DNA of 64,000 bases from a candidate division WOR-3 bacterium. Lineage in GTDB: Bacteria > Hydrothermota > Tepidihabitantia > Tepidihabitantales > Tepidihabitantaceae. The stretch covers positions 56,307-120,306 of the forward strand of contig CBFGIY010000001.1 in NCBI GenBank assembly GCA_965648935.1, written 5' to 3'. Position 1 is the stretch's first letter, and the number at the start of each line of letters is the position of its first letter. Below the pieces are notes generated by a model, which saw nothing but the letters and a program-made list of their open reading frames with translations, had not been told where the DNA came from and did not search any database. Shown here in pieces: positions 29,390 through 39,632 of the stretch. The position numbers and the translations under genes were made by a program.

Positions 29390-30106
29390 GTGCCTCGCGC
29401 CTTGGTCTGCATCCCGACCTACAACGAGGCCGAAAACATCGGCCGCATCATCCCGGTCGCGCTCGCGCAGTCGCCGGAGATAGACGTGCTGGTCATTGAC
29501 GACGGCTCGCCGGACGGCACCGGCGACATCGTGGCCCGGCTCGCGGCCGAGAACCCGCGCGTCCACCTGCTGAGGCGACAGGGCAAGCAAGGCTTGGGCA
29601 CCGCCTATGTCGCCGGCTTCAAGTGGGGCCTTGAGCGCGACTATGACCGGTTCTTCGAGATGGACGCGGACTTCTCCCACCCGGTCGACCAGTTGCCCGT
29701 GATGCTCGAACTGCTCAAGACTCACGACCTCGTCATCGGCTCGCGCTATTGCGACGGCATCTCGATAGTGCGCTGGCCGATGAAACGGCTGCTGCTGTCC
29801 TATGGCGCGTCCATCTATGCGCGGCTGGGTACCGGCATCCCGGTGCGCGACCTCACTGCCGGGTTCAAGGGCTACACCCGCAAGGCGCTGGAATCCATCG
29901 ACCTCGACCGCCTGCGCGTCGACGGCTACGGCTTCCAGATTGAGATAGTTTTCGCGATAGTGCGCAAGGGGCTGAAGTTCGTCGAAACGCCGATCGTGTT
30001 CACCGAGCGCACCGCCGGCGTCTCCAAGATGTCGCGGCGCATCATCTGGCAGGCCTTCGGGCTGGTCATCCGCCTGCGCCTGCGCCGCATCTTCGGGCGC
30101 GGCTAG
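29390..30106 (+). CDS. Polyprenol monophosphomannose synthase (GT2)
   Basis: IPTYNEAEN, DDGSPDGT, EMDADFSH motifs; TTGACA-N17-TATGAT directly upstream. Confidence 0.93.
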   Translation: MPRALVCIPTYNEAENIGRIIPVALAQSPEIDVLVIDDGSPDGTGDIVARLAAENPRVHLLRRQGKQGLGTAYVAGFKWGLERDYDRFFEMDADFSHPVDQLPVMLELLKTHDLVIGSRYCDGISIVRWPMKRLLLSYGASIYARLGTGIPVRDLTAGFKGYTRKALESIDLDRLRVDGYGFQIEIVFAIVRKGLKFVETPIVFTERTAGVSKMSRRIIWQAFGLVIRLRLRRIFGRG

Positions 30107-30486
30107 TCCGCACGCGAATACCGCACCCAACCCGGCCCGGATGATGGCTGCAGGCCGGACAGACATCCATCTTCGCACTAATTGAACTTCGCGAGCGTTG
30201 TGTCAGTGACGACACGGCCGTCCTGAACTGCGACCCCGGCGTCAGACGGCGTATCAGCTTGAATGGTCTGTACTTAGTCCTGGTCTCGACCGAACTGCGG
30301 GGCCGCTGGGGGAACGGTTCCCCCACCCCTTTCCTGGCCTAACACGAATACCACGCTGTGTCAGATCGGCCGCGCCGGTGACCGTGGCGGTCACCCTGCC
30401 GCATTCCCTGCCGACTCCTCCCCTGCGGAACGACAGCTTCTCTGTGGGGCGCTTGGGCCGGCCCTCAGGTCGCGTTATACTGCGCT

Positions 30487-30840
30487 GAAGGCGGGTCGGA
30501 CGGTCGCCCGGCAACGGGAGGAAAGTCCGAGCACCATAGGGCAAGGCACTCGTTAAGAGCGAGGCTGCGGGTCGGAGACGGCCCGTGGACGGAAAGTGCC
30601 ACAGAAAACATACCGCCCGCAAGGGTAAGGGTGAAATAGTGCGGTAAGAGCGCACTGTCCCCGACGGCGACGCCGGGGACCGGCAAACCCTGCCGGTGCA
30701 AGACGAATATGGGAACAGGACCGGCCCGGTCCGTTACGATTCCCGGGTATGTCGCTTGAGACCGGCGGGCAACCGCCGGCCCAGATAAATGACCGTCACC
30801 GGCGCAAGCCGGTACAGAACTCGGCTTACAGACCCGCCTC
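30487..30840 (+). ncRNA. rnpB: RNase P RNA (bacterial type A)
   Basis: GAGGAAAGTCC, GGAAAGTGCCACAGAAA, GGTAAGAGCGCAC, AGAACTCGGCTTA; terminal pairing AGGCGGGTC/GACCCGCCT. Confidence 0.97.
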
Positions 30841-30906
30841 CACTCTCGCCGCCCTGCGGGCTTGCCCGGCCGTTGACAACGGGCAACCCGTCCCTAAGCT
30901 GGCGCG

Positions 30907-32649
30907 ATGCTGATTCAGGGCACCAATCTCCACAAGTCCATCGGCGCACAGGCCGTGCTTGCCGGTGTCTCGTTTGTCGTCAACCGCGGCGACAAGGTCG
31001 GCGTCGTCGGCCCGAACGGCTCGGGCAAGACCACGCTGCTGCGCATCGTGAAGCGCGAGATCGAACCGGACGATGGCGAGCTGGTGTTTGCCGGCCGGCC
31101 AGAAATCGGCTACTTCCGGCAGGACGTACTCGCCGACAGCGGGACGACGGTGTATTCGGCCGTGCTCGGCGAGATGGAGAACGTCCAGAAGCGCATCGAC
31201 TCGGTGCGGCGCGAGCTGGAAGAGGACCCCGAGGATGAGGCCGCGCTGGTCAAGCTCGAGGCTTTCGAAGAGGAGATGGACGCGCGGTTCGGCCCGGACT
31301 TCCGCAGCCGCGCCGAGAAAGCCCTGGCCGGGCTGGGTTTCGGCAGGGAACGGTACGGGGACGCGGTCGCGGCGATCTCGCCGGGCGAGCGGGCCCGGCT
31401 GGAGATGGCACGCATTCTCATCGGCCAGCCCGAGCTGCTGCTGCTGGATGAGCCGACCAACTACCTCGACGTCGGCCAGCGCGAGTGGCTCGAACATTAC
31501 CTGGAGGACTACAAGGGCACGGTACTGGTCGTGTCGCACGACCGCGTGTTCCTCAACGAGGTCGCCAACCGGATTTTCGAGCTGCGGCGCGGCAGGCTGA
31601 AGACCTGCGAGGGCGGGTACGACGACTATATCTTCGAGCGCGAGCAGGAACAGCAGCGCGCCGTGCGCGAGCACGACGAGCACAGGAAGGAAATCGCCAA
31701 GCTTGACCGGATTGCCCGGCGCCAGGACGCGTGGTCGGCGCGCAAGGAGAAGACCAAGACAGCGGCCGCTGATTCAGGCTTCGTCTCGGCCGCGGCCGCG
31801 CGGCTGGCCCGGCGCGGTAAGCAGGCCAGGCGGCGCATCGAAGCGGCCATCGAGGAGCACGAGGGCAAGACCCCGTTTGTCGAGAAGAAGCCCGCGCCGG
31901 TCATCTACAGCGCGGTCGAGCCCGGGCGCCGGGCAGTCCTGGTCAAGGGCCTGACCAAGAGCTTCGGCCGGCGCTGCGTGGTGAAGGACGCCGGGTTCGA
32001 GATTCGCACCGGCGAGCGCGTGGCTCTGGTCGGGCCGAACGGCTGCGGCAAGACCGTGCTGGTGCGGATGCTCGTCGGCGAACTGAAGCCGGACAAGGGC
32101 ACGGTGACCCCGGGCGCGGCCGCGAAGGTCGGCTACTTCCCGCAGGACCTCGGCACGCTCGACCTCGACTGCACCGCGGTCGAGGAGGTGATGAAGTCCG
32201 GGGTGACGCAGGAGACCGCGCGCACCGTGCTCGGCACGCTGTTGCTGCCCAAGGACTTTGCCGAGCGCCGGCTCCGCGACCTGTCGGCCGGGGAACGTTC
32301 GAAGGTGCTGCTCGCGCGGGTTCTGGCGGGCGGCGCCGACTTCCTCGTGCTCGACGAGCCTACCAACCATCTCGACATCGACGCGCTGCTCGCGCTGGAG
32401 TCGCTGCTCGTTTCGTTCCTGGGCGCGATTCTCTTCACCTCGCACGACCGGGCTCTGCTCGACAAGCTCGCGGGCCGCGTGCTTGAACTGCGCGATGGCC
32501 GGCTCACCGACTTTCCGGGCGGCTGGCAGGCGTTTCAGGCGCAAAGCTCCCGACAGCAAGCCCCGGTTTCCAGACCCCAGACGCCGATTCCCGGGTCGAA
32601 GGCACGCGGGCCCAAGACCCGGACTCCACAGAACAAAGCGCGCAGGTAG
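30907..32649 (+). CDS. ABC-F family ATPase (ribosome-associated)
   Basis: Two NBDs (GPNGSGKT, GPNGCGKT); LDEPTNYLD and LDEPTNHLD; SHDR; no TM segments. Confidence 0.93.
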   Translation: MLIQGTNLHKSIGAQAVLAGVSFVVNRGDKVGVVGPNGSGKTTLLRIVKREIEPDDGELVFAGRPEIGYFRQDVLADSGTTVYSAVLGEMENVQKRIDSVRRELEEDPEDEAALVKLEAFEEEMDARFGPDFRSRAEKALAGLGFGRERYGDAVAAISPGERARLEMARILIGQPELLLLDEPTNYLDVGQREWLEHYLEDYKGTVLVVSHDRVFLNEVANRIFELRRGRLKTCEGGYDDYIFEREQEQQRAVREHDEHRKEIAKLDRIARRQDAWSARKEKTKTAAADSGFVSAAAARLARRGKQARRRIEAAIEEHEGKTPFVEKKPAPVIYSAVEPGRRAVLVKGLTKSFGRRCVVKDAGFEIRTGERVALVGPNGCGKTVLVRMLVGELKPDKGTVTPGAAAKVGYFPQDLGTLDLDCTAVEEVMKSGVTQETARTVLGTLLLPKDFAERRLRDLSAGERSKVLLARVLAGGADFLVLDEPTNHLDIDALLALESLLVSFLGAILFTSHDRALLDKLAGRVLELRDGRLTDFPGGWQAFQAQSSRQQAPVSRPQTPIPGSKARGPKTRTPQNKARR

Positions 32650-32706
32650 CGGCAATCGGCTGAGCAGAAGCCGGGCCGCGCGGTCTTATGTCAGATGGAC
32701 AGGATC

Positions 32707-32863
32707 GATGAGGTATGCCGAGGGGGTGGAGGTGCACTGCGGCGGGCAGGACCCGCCGCAGCCAAATCCCCACTGATGAGGCATGCTGATGGGGTGGAGG
32801 TGCACTGCGGCGGGCAGAACCCGCCGCAGCCAAATCCCCACTGATGATGTATGCCGAGGGGGG
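32707..32863 (-). repeat. tRNA-linked 68-bp tandem repeats (two units plus a partial third)
   Basis: Units start at 32707, 32775 and 32843; each carries a copy of the tRNA 3' end; the two full units contain a 10-bp-stem hairpin. Confidence 0.9.
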
Positions 32864-32935
32864 GATTTGAACCCCCATGGAGGTGAGTCCACTAACTCCT
32901 GAGGCTAGCGCGTCTGCCATTTCCGCCACCTCGGC
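32852..32935 (-). tRNA. tRNA-Leu(CAG)
   Basis: GCCGAGG/CCTCGGC acceptor; CTAGC-CTCAGGA-GTTAG anticodon arm; long variable arm; upstream TTGACT-N16-TATCCT. Confidence 0.95.
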
Positions 32936-33007
32936 AGTCACGGATTGTCGGGCGCGGTAAGGATAGCCGGCCGGGTCGGTCAGTCAAGCATACCCGACGA
33001 GAACGCC

Positions 33008-33035
33008 GCGGCGGGCAGGTTGCCCTGCCCGCCGC
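33008..33035 (-). terminator. Hairpin downstream of the pmbA-like gene
   Basis: GCGGCGGGCAGG-TTGC-CCTGCCCGCCGC. Confidence 0.6.
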
Positions 33036-33049
33036 GCAGAGATTGCGGT

Positions 33050-34426
33050 CTAGAAGCTGTCGGCCACGTCGTTGATGCGAACCTCGTCGCAGAGCAGGTA
33101 CTCGGGCACGCTGATTGCGTTGGGCGAGCGCCGGTCATAGGTGCCGGAAACGTTGACGGGCACGGTTTTCGAACTGACCGCGACGACGTGGTTGAGCACG
33201 CTCGGTATCTCGTCGGTCACGCGGGTCGAGAACAGGGGCGCGGTCAGCGTTCCCTTCTCGACGCGCATCGCGTTGAACCGCGATGAGCCGGTGAACATCC
33301 CTTTTGTCGGGTCGGGCAGGTGGATGTAGTGCAGGTGCGGGATGAACAGCGCGTCACCCGCGAGCTTGAGCCCGGCCTCGATGCCGGCCGGCGCGGAACC
33401 GGGCAGCATCGCCGCGTCGACCTGGCCGTCGTGGCCGGTGGGCTTGCGGCCGTACTTGGCCGCGGTGACGCTGTCGTACATCACGTTGCGGAAGATTCCG
33501 TTCTCGACGAGCACGAAGCGCGACCGGCGCATGCCGTTGAAGTCGAAGGGCATCCCGAAGCAGTCCGGGTTGGCCGGGTCGTCGACGATGGAGATGGCCT
33601 CGCCGAAGAGCTTGTCGCCGAACTTGAGATTCGCGGTGAAAGCGCGCTTCTCCTCGAAGCTGCGGCCGAAGAAGCCGCCCCAGACCGACAGCATGACCAG
33701 TTCGGCCACGGCCTGGCCCGCGAACAGCACGCGCTGGCGGCCGATGGCCGTCTTGTACCCGGGGTTCTTCTCGTAGACCGGCAACCGGGCGCTGAGTTCT
33801 TCGATGATGTCGGCCGCGCTGAAACTGCCGGCCGCTTTCTGGGTGCGCTCGGCCGAGAGCTCCCACTTCCTGTCCTGCTCCTTGAGCACGATGACGAGCT
33901 TGCCGTCGGTCAGCCGCCGGTACGCTTCGTTGTCGTTGGCGGTGCTGATCACGTACATCTCGGTCGCGCCGGTGGACCAGGACCCGGAGAAGTCGTACTT
34001 GCCGCGCGGCTTGAGTTCCTTGATGACCTCGGCGCAGAGCGCGGTCTTGGCCTCGGGCGAGAGCGCCTCGAGCGCCGGGTCGTAGCCGGTCGAGTCGTCG
34101 ACCGTCTCCTGCACGGTGCAGAATATCGGGTCGTAGTCCTTGGGCACCGCCGCGGCGCAGGCGGCCCGCGCCCGCTCGATCGCGTCGTCGAGCACGGTGC
34201 GCGAGGAGATGTCCGCGGTCAGCGAGTAGGAACCGGTGCGGCGGCCGTCGGTCACGCCGACATCGAGCCGGGTGAGCTGTTCGCCGGTCGAGAGCGCGAC
34301 CGACGAGTTGCCCAGTCGGATGAGCGAGGACTTCTCGCGGTGGAAGTTGAACTCGGCCTGCACTCCCGCCTTGCGGCAGCGGTCGCGGGCCTCGAGCAGC
34401 AGTTCGCGGATGCGATTGTCGAGCAT
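33050..34426 (-). CDS. TldE/PmbA family protein
   Basis: PFDFNG...LVENG..RNVMYD..TAAKYGRKPTGH; adjacent to tldD. Confidence 0.88.
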   Translation of the reverse strand: MLDNRIRELLLEARDRCRKAGVQAEFNFHREKSSLIRLGNSSVALSTGEQLTRLDVGVTDGRRTGSYSLTADISSRTVLDDAIERARAACAAAVPKDYDPIFCTVQETVDDSTGYDPALEALSPEAKTALCAEVIKELKPRGKYDFSGSWSTGATEMYVISTANDNEAYRRLTDGKLVIVLKEQDRKWELSAERTQKAAGSFSAADIIEELSARLPVYEKNPGYKTAIGRQRVLFAGQAVAELVMLSVWGGFFGRSFEEKRAFTANLKFGDKLFGEAISIVDDPANPDCFGMPFDFNGMRRSRFVLVENGIFRNVMYDSVTAAKYGRKPTGHDGQVDAAMLPGSAPAGIEAGLKLAGDALFIPHLHYIHLPDPTKGMFTGSSRFNAMRVEKGTLTAPLFSTRVTDEIPSVLNHVVAVSSKTVPVNVSGTYDRRSPNAISVPEYLLCDEVRINDVADSF

Positions 34427-34429
34427 GGC

Positions 34430-35908
34430 TTACTCCTTCTCCCCGGTTTCGACATTGCGGAAGCGCATCACCGGTATGCCGTGGCCGAGTTCCATTATCT
34501 GGTTGGGCTCGCCCTTGCCGCAGTTGGGCACTTGCTGGAGGCGCCAGGTCGGCTTCGACCCGACCATGTCGAGCGAGTTCCAGAACTCCAGGGTGTGGCC
34601 GTGGTAGGTCGGGTTCTTCCAGACCCCGACGCGCCTGCCGTCTTTCACCTGCCAGGCAATCTCGCAGCCGAAGTGGAAGTGCTCCCGGTTCGACCCGATG
34701 GACCAGGATACCGGTACGTCGACGATGACGCCGTCCCCGGTCGCAGCGGTGATGTCATCGAGCGAGCCCGAGTCGCCGTAGTCGATGTTAATGTTGGTCA
34801 TCCGGTCGATGGGCGTGCGGTAGAATGCGCAGGCCCGGGCCGCGGCGCCCGATTCGGTCACGACCGTCCTGCCGGCCTTGGCGTTGGCCTCGGCGAGGTC
34901 GGCGCGCGAGGAGAGCACATTGACGAGGATGCCTTCCTTGATGAGGAAGTACTCGTGCTGGGGCGTGCCCTCGTCGTCGTAGCCGAATGTGCCGGGCGAG
35001 TTGGGCGTGACCCCGGCGCGGCAGTTGAGCAGCTTCGAGCCGTAGCGCAGCGTGCCGATCATCTCCGGCCGCACGTGCGAGCCGCCCGCGAACGACAGCT
35101 CGTAGCCGAGGATGCGGTCGAGTTCGAGCGCGTGGCCGATGGTCTCGTGCACCTGCAGGAAACCCTGACCGGGCAGGATGATCAGGTCGCGCCGCGCCGG
35201 GGGCATCGGCTCGGCCGCGACAATCTGGCCGAGTTCGAGCTTGATGCGGTCGGCGTTGCCCGCGAAGCAACAGGAGTCGGCCATCCACTCCCAGCCGCGC
35301 GTGCCGGTGCCGTCGCAGGAAAGGTCGGCACTGCGCCGCTGCATCCGGCCCTGCTTGTCCGGTGCCATCACCATCATCGTGCCGAAGGTGTTGAGCGCGC
35401 GGCGGTCGACCTCGGTGCCCTCGGTGTTGAAGTAGAAGATGTGGCGGCGCTGGAAGTGCGCCTGCACCATTCGGTGTGCGACCGTCGCGTCCTTGAGCGC
35501 GGCGTCGATGCCCATCAGCAGTTCGAGCTTCTCGGCGAGCGGTACTTCGAACGGGTCGCGCTCGACCGGCGGCCGGTACTCGCCTTTGACCGGTCTGGCT
35601 TCGCCCATGGTCTTGGGAAAGCCGGGGAGCCGGGCCGCGGCGCGGGCGTTGGCCAGCGCGCGGTCAAACACGGCCGGAATGGCCTCGAGCTCGGCCGCAG
35701 CGGCGAAGCCCCACGCGCCGTCAAACAGCACGCGCACGCCGATTCCCCGTTCCAGGCCGCCGCTGTTGCCCTCCAGGTTGCCGTCGCGGATGAAGAGCGA
35801 CTCGCTGCGGTCCTCGTCGTAGAAGCGGGCATCGGCGAAGCTGCACCCGGCAGCGCTCATCCGCGCCAGCTCCGTACGGATTGCGGAAGCTGTCTCTTTC
35901 TGGGTCAC
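34430..35908 (-). CDS. tldD: TldD family metalloprotease
   Basis: HETIGHALELDR, GYDDEG, RMTNI, NCGKGEP motifs; AGGAG RBS. Confidence 0.92.
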   Translation of the reverse strand: MTQKETASAIRTELARMSAAGCSFADARFYDEDRSESLFIRDGNLEGNSGGLERGIGVRVLFDGAWGFAAAAELEAIPAVFDRALANARAAARLPGFPKTMGEARPVKGEYRPPVERDPFEVPLAEKLELLMGIDAALKDATVAHRMVQAHFQRRHIFYFNTEGTEVDRRALNTFGTMMVMAPDKQGRMQRRSADLSCDGTGTRGWEWMADSCCFAGNADRIKLELGQIVAAEPMPPARRDLIILPGQGFLQVHETIGHALELDRILGYELSFAGGSHVRPEMIGTLRYGSKLLNCRAGVTPNSPGTFGYDDEGTPQHEYFLIKEGILVNVLSSRADLAEANAKAGRTVVTESGAAARACAFYRTPIDRMTNINIDYGDSGSLDDITAATGDGVIVDVPVSWSIGSNREHFHFGCEIAWQVKDGRRVGVWKNPTYHGHTLEFWNSLDMVGSKPTWRLQQVPNCGKGEPNQIMELGHGIPVMRFRNVETGEKE

Positions 35909-36079
35909 GATATCTCCTAAGTAAGTATTGTTGCCTTCTGCGGTGCGGGCGACTCCATTATGCCGGGCCGGGCCGGGAATGCAAGCGGATGCCGCGGCGG
36001 CACGGCCCGGACTCGGACAGGTGTCCGGGCCGGCTTGACATCGGGCCGCGCCCGTGCGTAAGATAGAGCAGAGTTCAGC

Positions 36080-37978
36080 TTGATAAGCCCCCCGCGCATC
36101 GCCGCCCGCATCCTGTTGCCCGCGCTGCTGCTGGCAACCGGGTGCGCCTACTTCAACACCTTCTACAACGCTGAGAAGAACTTCAAGGAAGGGCTGCGCC
36201 TGAAGGACCAGAACCAGCAGGTTCAGTCCAAGGCCAAGTTCGACAAGTCGATCGAGCGGTCGGCCCGGGTCATCCAGCGCTGGCCCCGCTCGCGCTGGGT
36301 CGACGACGCGCTTTTCCTGATCGGCCGCAGCTACTACGAAACCGGCCAGTACGGCAAGGCGATGCGCAGCTTTGACCAGCTGACTCTGGCCTTTCCCCGT
36401 TCCCCGCTCGCGGGCGAGGCGGCGCTGTTCCGGGCCCGCGCCCTGATCGCCGACAAGCGCCAGGCCGAGGGCCTGCTTGCGCTCCAGGCCGTGCGGGTCG
36501 AGTACCCGCGCCTGGCCGACGATGCCACGTTCGCCATCGCCAGGTCGTTCGTCGAGCGCGACGACACCGGCGAGGGTACCGACTCGCTTGCCGCTTTTCT
36601 GGCGCGCTACCCGCGCTCGCCGCACCGCGACGAGGCGCTCAGGCTGCTGGCCGACGCCAGCTTCAAGTCCGGCCGCTATGATGAGGCGGAGAACTACTAT
36701 GTCCGCTACGCCCGGGTCGCGCCCGACCCGCGGCGCCGGGCCGAGACCCAGATACAGGTCGCGGCGGCGATGGTCGAGCAGGAGAAATGGGAACCCGCGT
36801 TGCGTATCCTGCGCGATGTCATCGGCCGCTACCCCCAGCTTGACGATCGCGCCAACCTTCTGCTCGGTCGTGCCCTGGAGGGCGCGGACCGCAAGGAGGA
36901 AGCGGTCGCGGCCTGGCAGAAGGTCAGAGCCCAGAACGACCTTGGCGCCGAGGCGATGTACCGCATCGGCCGCCACCACGAGCAGACCGGGGACATCGCC
37001 GCGGCCAAGGCCTGTTTCGACACCGCCCGCACCCGCCGTCCCGAGTCGCGCTACGGCCTGCTCGCGGCGCGGCGCGGCGCGCTGGTTGAGGCGATTGACG
37101 CGTTGCGCACCGGGTCAAAGCCGGCCGATGAAGCGCTGTTCATGCTTGCCGAAGCCCACAACGTCAGCCTCGGCGAGTACGACCGGGCATTGGAGCTATA
37201 TGCCCAGGTTGATGATTCGTTTCCGCAGAGCCGGTTTGCGCCCAAGGCCCGGCTGGCCCGCGCCTGGATACTGCGCACGCCCCGGGCCGATACCGCCGCG
37301 GCCGAGCCGCTTCTGCGCAGCCTCATCGCGGAATACCCTGAGACCGACTACGCCGACGAGGCGCGGCGCTGGCTCGGTTTGAGCGTGCCCAGGCGCGCAA
37401 GACCGGCTTCCGCTGAAACGACCGCAGCGCCGGCCGGCACCGGCGCGACAACGCCGCCTGAACCGGAATTCGAACCGACGCCCGAACCCCTGCCTCCGGA
37501 AGGCGTCACCGGCCGAACCCGGCCTGACGACCGTCGACTGCGCGAGCTGGCTGGCGAGCGCGAACCCGAGCCGGAACCGACGCCGCTGGCCGAAGCCGAG
37601 CCGGTCGCCAAAGACCAGTTGCCGGCGCGGCCCGACTCAGCCGTTCAAGACAGGCTCGAACTGGCCACCGTCTACTTCGACACCGACAGCTCGGCGATTC
37701 GGCCTGATGCCGCCGAGATACTGCGCCGCAACGCCGCGCAGCTCAAGGACGCCACCGGAGTCCGCATCACGCTTGTCGGCCATTGCGACCCGCGCGCCGA
37801 TGACTCATACAACGACGCGCTCGGTCTGCGCCGCGCCCGTGCGGTGCGCGATTTTCTCGTCGCCGAGGGAGTGGAGCGCGGCCGCATCGCGGTGCGCAGC
37901 GAGGGCCGGCGCCGCACCGTCTCGTCCGGGCCGGATGAGTACTGGCTTGACCGGAGGGTGGTATTCGAACTGCGCTAG
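36080..37978 (+). CDS. TPR lipoprotein fused to a Pal/OmpA-like peptidoglycan-binding domain
   Basis: Lipobox LATGC then AYFNTFYNA; TPR repeats; Pro/Glu linker; VYFDTD...GHCDPR...YNDALGLRRA. Confidence 0.85.
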   Translation: MISPPRIAARILLPALLLATGCAYFNTFYNAEKNFKEGLRLKDQNQQVQSKAKFDKSIERSARVIQRWPRSRWVDDALFLIGRSYYETGQYGKAMRSFDQLTLAFPRSPLAGEAALFRARALIADKRQAEGLLALQAVRVEYPRLADDATFAIARSFVERDDTGEGTDSLAAFLARYPRSPHRDEALRLLADASFKSGRYDEAENYYVRYARVAPDPRRRAETQIQVAAAMVEQEKWEPALRILRDVIGRYPQLDDRANLLLGRALEGADRKEEAVAAWQKVRAQNDLGAEAMYRIGRHHEQTGDIAAAKACFDTARTRRPESRYGLLAARRGALVEAIDALRTGSKPADEALFMLAEAHNVSLGEYDRALELYAQVDDSFPQSRFAPKARLARAWILRTPRADTAAAEPLLRSLIAEYPETDYADEARRWLGLSVPRRARPASAETTAAPAGTGATTPPEPEFEPTPEPLPPEGVTGRTRPDDRRLRELAGEREPEPEPTPLAEAEPVAKDQLPARPDSAVQDRLELATVYFDTDSSAIRPDAAEILRRNAAQLKDATGVRITLVGHCDPRADDSYNDALGLRRARAVRDFLVAEGVERGRIAVRSEGRRRTVSSGPDEYWLDRRVVFELR

Positions 37979-37995
37979 GCCCGCACCTCTGCCCG

Positions 37996-38730
37996 GTGGT
38001 TGCCCGGCGCGAGTCAGGACCGGGCATCGTTTCGCTCTGGCTCGACGCGCCACGCCTCGCGACGCGCATCCAGCCCGGCCAGTTCGTCAACGCGCGCGCG
38101 GGCGCAGGCCCTGACCCGCTGCTGCGCCGGCCGATTTCGGTCGCCGACGTCACCGGCGAGCGGTTGCTTCTGGTGTTCCGGGTTGCCGGCCGGGGCACGG
38201 CATTGCTCGCGCAGGCGCGGCGCGGCGACAGGCTTGACCTGCTCGGACCGCTGGGCCGGCCCGCGCCCCGGTTCCGCGATCGCGATGTGATCGTCTGCGG
38301 CGGCGGTATCGGCATACCGCCGCTGCTGCATTTCGCGCGGCGCAACCGCGACGCCAACCGCCTGCAGGTGCTGCTCGGGGCTCGGCGCGCGGCCGAGCTG
38401 GTCCTTCTGTCCGAGTTCCGGAAGCTGGGCGTGCCGGTCGCGGTCGCAACCGACGACGGCAGCCGCGGCCGCAAGGGCCCGGTGACCACGCTCGCTGAGC
38501 AGGCGGCCCGCGCCGCCCGCAGCCCGGTCGTCGTGGCCTGCGGGCCACGGGCGATGCTCGCCGACCTGGTCCGACGCCTCGACCCGATCCCGGTATGGGG
38601 TTTCATTGAAGAACGGATGGGCTGCGGCACTGGCCTGTGCGCCTGCTGTGCACTGCCCCGGCGCGAGGGCGGTTACGTGCGTTTCTGCCAGGACGGCCCG
38701 GTAGTGCTGCTCAACGAGGTAAGGCTGTGA
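37996..38730 (+). CDS. pyrK: Dihydroorotate dehydrogenase electron transfer subunit
   Basis: LRRPIS, GGGIGIPP, EERMGCGTGLCACC, CQDGPV motifs. Confidence 0.93.
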   Translation: MVARRESGPGIVSLWLDAPRLATRIQPGQFVNARAGAGPDPLLRRPISVADVTGERLLLVFRVAGRGTALLAQARRGDRLDLLGPLGRPAPRFRDRDVIVCGGGIGIPPLLHFARRNRDANRLQVLLGARRAAELVLLSEFRKLGVPVAVATDDGSRGRKGPVTTLAEQAARAARSPVVVACGPRAMLADLVRRLDPIPVWGFIEERMGCGTGLCACCALPRREGGYVRFCQDGPVVLLNEVRL

Positions 38731-39632
38731 ATCTCACGGTGCGCGTTGCGGGCCTGGAGTTCGCCAACCCGGTGCTTGCCGCATCGGGGACTTTCGGATT
38801 CGGGCAGGCTTTTCCGGCCGTGGCAGCGCGCGTCGGCGGCATCGTCACCAAGGCGGTCACGCTCGAACCCCGCATCGGCAACCCGCCGCCGCGCATCTGG
38901 GAGTTCCCGGGCGGGGTCATCAATTCGGTCGGGCTGGAGAACCCCGGACTTGAGGCATTTTGCCGCGACATCCTGCCCGGTCTGGGCGCGCGCCGCAGCC
39001 GGCTCCTGGTCAATGTCGCCGGGTCGGCGATCGATGAGTACGCCGAGATAGTGGCCCGGCTTGACCCCGAGCCGGTCGACGGATTCGAGATCAATGTTTC
39101 TTGCCCCAACGTGCGCGAGGGCGGCGCCGCCTTCGGCCAGTCTCCGGCCGCGGTCGAGCGCATCACCCGTGCCTGCCGGGAGCGGACCGCGAAGCTGCTG
39201 TCGGTGAAGCTCACCGCCAACTTCGTTGACCCGGCCGAGACCGCGCGCGCCGCGGCCAGCGCCGGCGCCGACGCGGTTACTCTCATCAACACCCTTTTCG
39301 GTCTTGCGCTCGGGCCCGACGGCCGGCCGTTTCTCGGCGGCCGCACCGGCGGCATCTCCGGCCCGGCGCTCAAGCACTTCGCGCTCTATTGCGTTGACCG
39401 TGTCGCGCGCGCGGTGAAGGTGCCGATAATCGGCTCGGGCGGCGTGATGTCCGGGGCGGACGCGGCCGAGTTTCTCTCGGCCGGCGCGTCGCTGGTCGAA
39501 GTCGGCACGGCCAGCCTGGCTGACCCGGCCGCACCGGCCAACGTTGCCGAGGAACTGGCGCAGTGGTGCCGCGCGAACAGAGTGGAGGATGTCTCGACGA
39601 TTGTCGGCCGAACACGGGAGACAGAACGATGA
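38727..39632 (+). CDS. pyrD: Dihydroorotate dehydrogenase, family 1B
   Basis: ASGTFG, GNPPPRI, NSVGLENPG, EINVSCPN, GGISGPA motifs. Confidence 0.95.
   Translation: MNLTVRVAGLEFANPVLAASGTFGFGQAFPAVAARVGGIVTKAVTLEPRIGNPPPRIWEFPGGVINSVGLENPGLEAFCRDILPGLGARRSRLLVNVAGSAIDEYAEIVARLDPEPVDGFEINVSCPNVREGGAAFGQSPAAVERITRACRERTAKLLSVKLTANFVDPAETARAAASAGADAVTLINTLFGLALGPDGRPFLGGRTGGISGPALKHFALYCVDRVARAVKVPIIGSGGVMSGADAAEFLSAGASLVEVGTASLADPAAPANVAEELAQWCRANRVEDVSTIVGRTRETER

Noticed and set aside
30107..30480. 6S RNA or small ORF before rnpB
   Set aside because: Two small hairpins only; no long 6S-like rod and no ORF with an RBS or recognisable motif.
32545..32649. Extra domain at the ABC-F C-terminus
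   Set aside because: Low-complexity tail from degenerate heptamer repeats (AGACCCC, AGACGCC).
32707..32863. Possible mini CRISPR array
   Set aside because: Whole 68-bp units repeat with no unique spacers, they include the tRNA 3' end, and there are no cas genes.
33320..36979. Very long ORFs 33320-35920(+) and the 5' extension of 34430-36979(-)
   Set aside because: Antisense shadows of tldD/pmbA and the TPR gene, typical of high-GC DNA.
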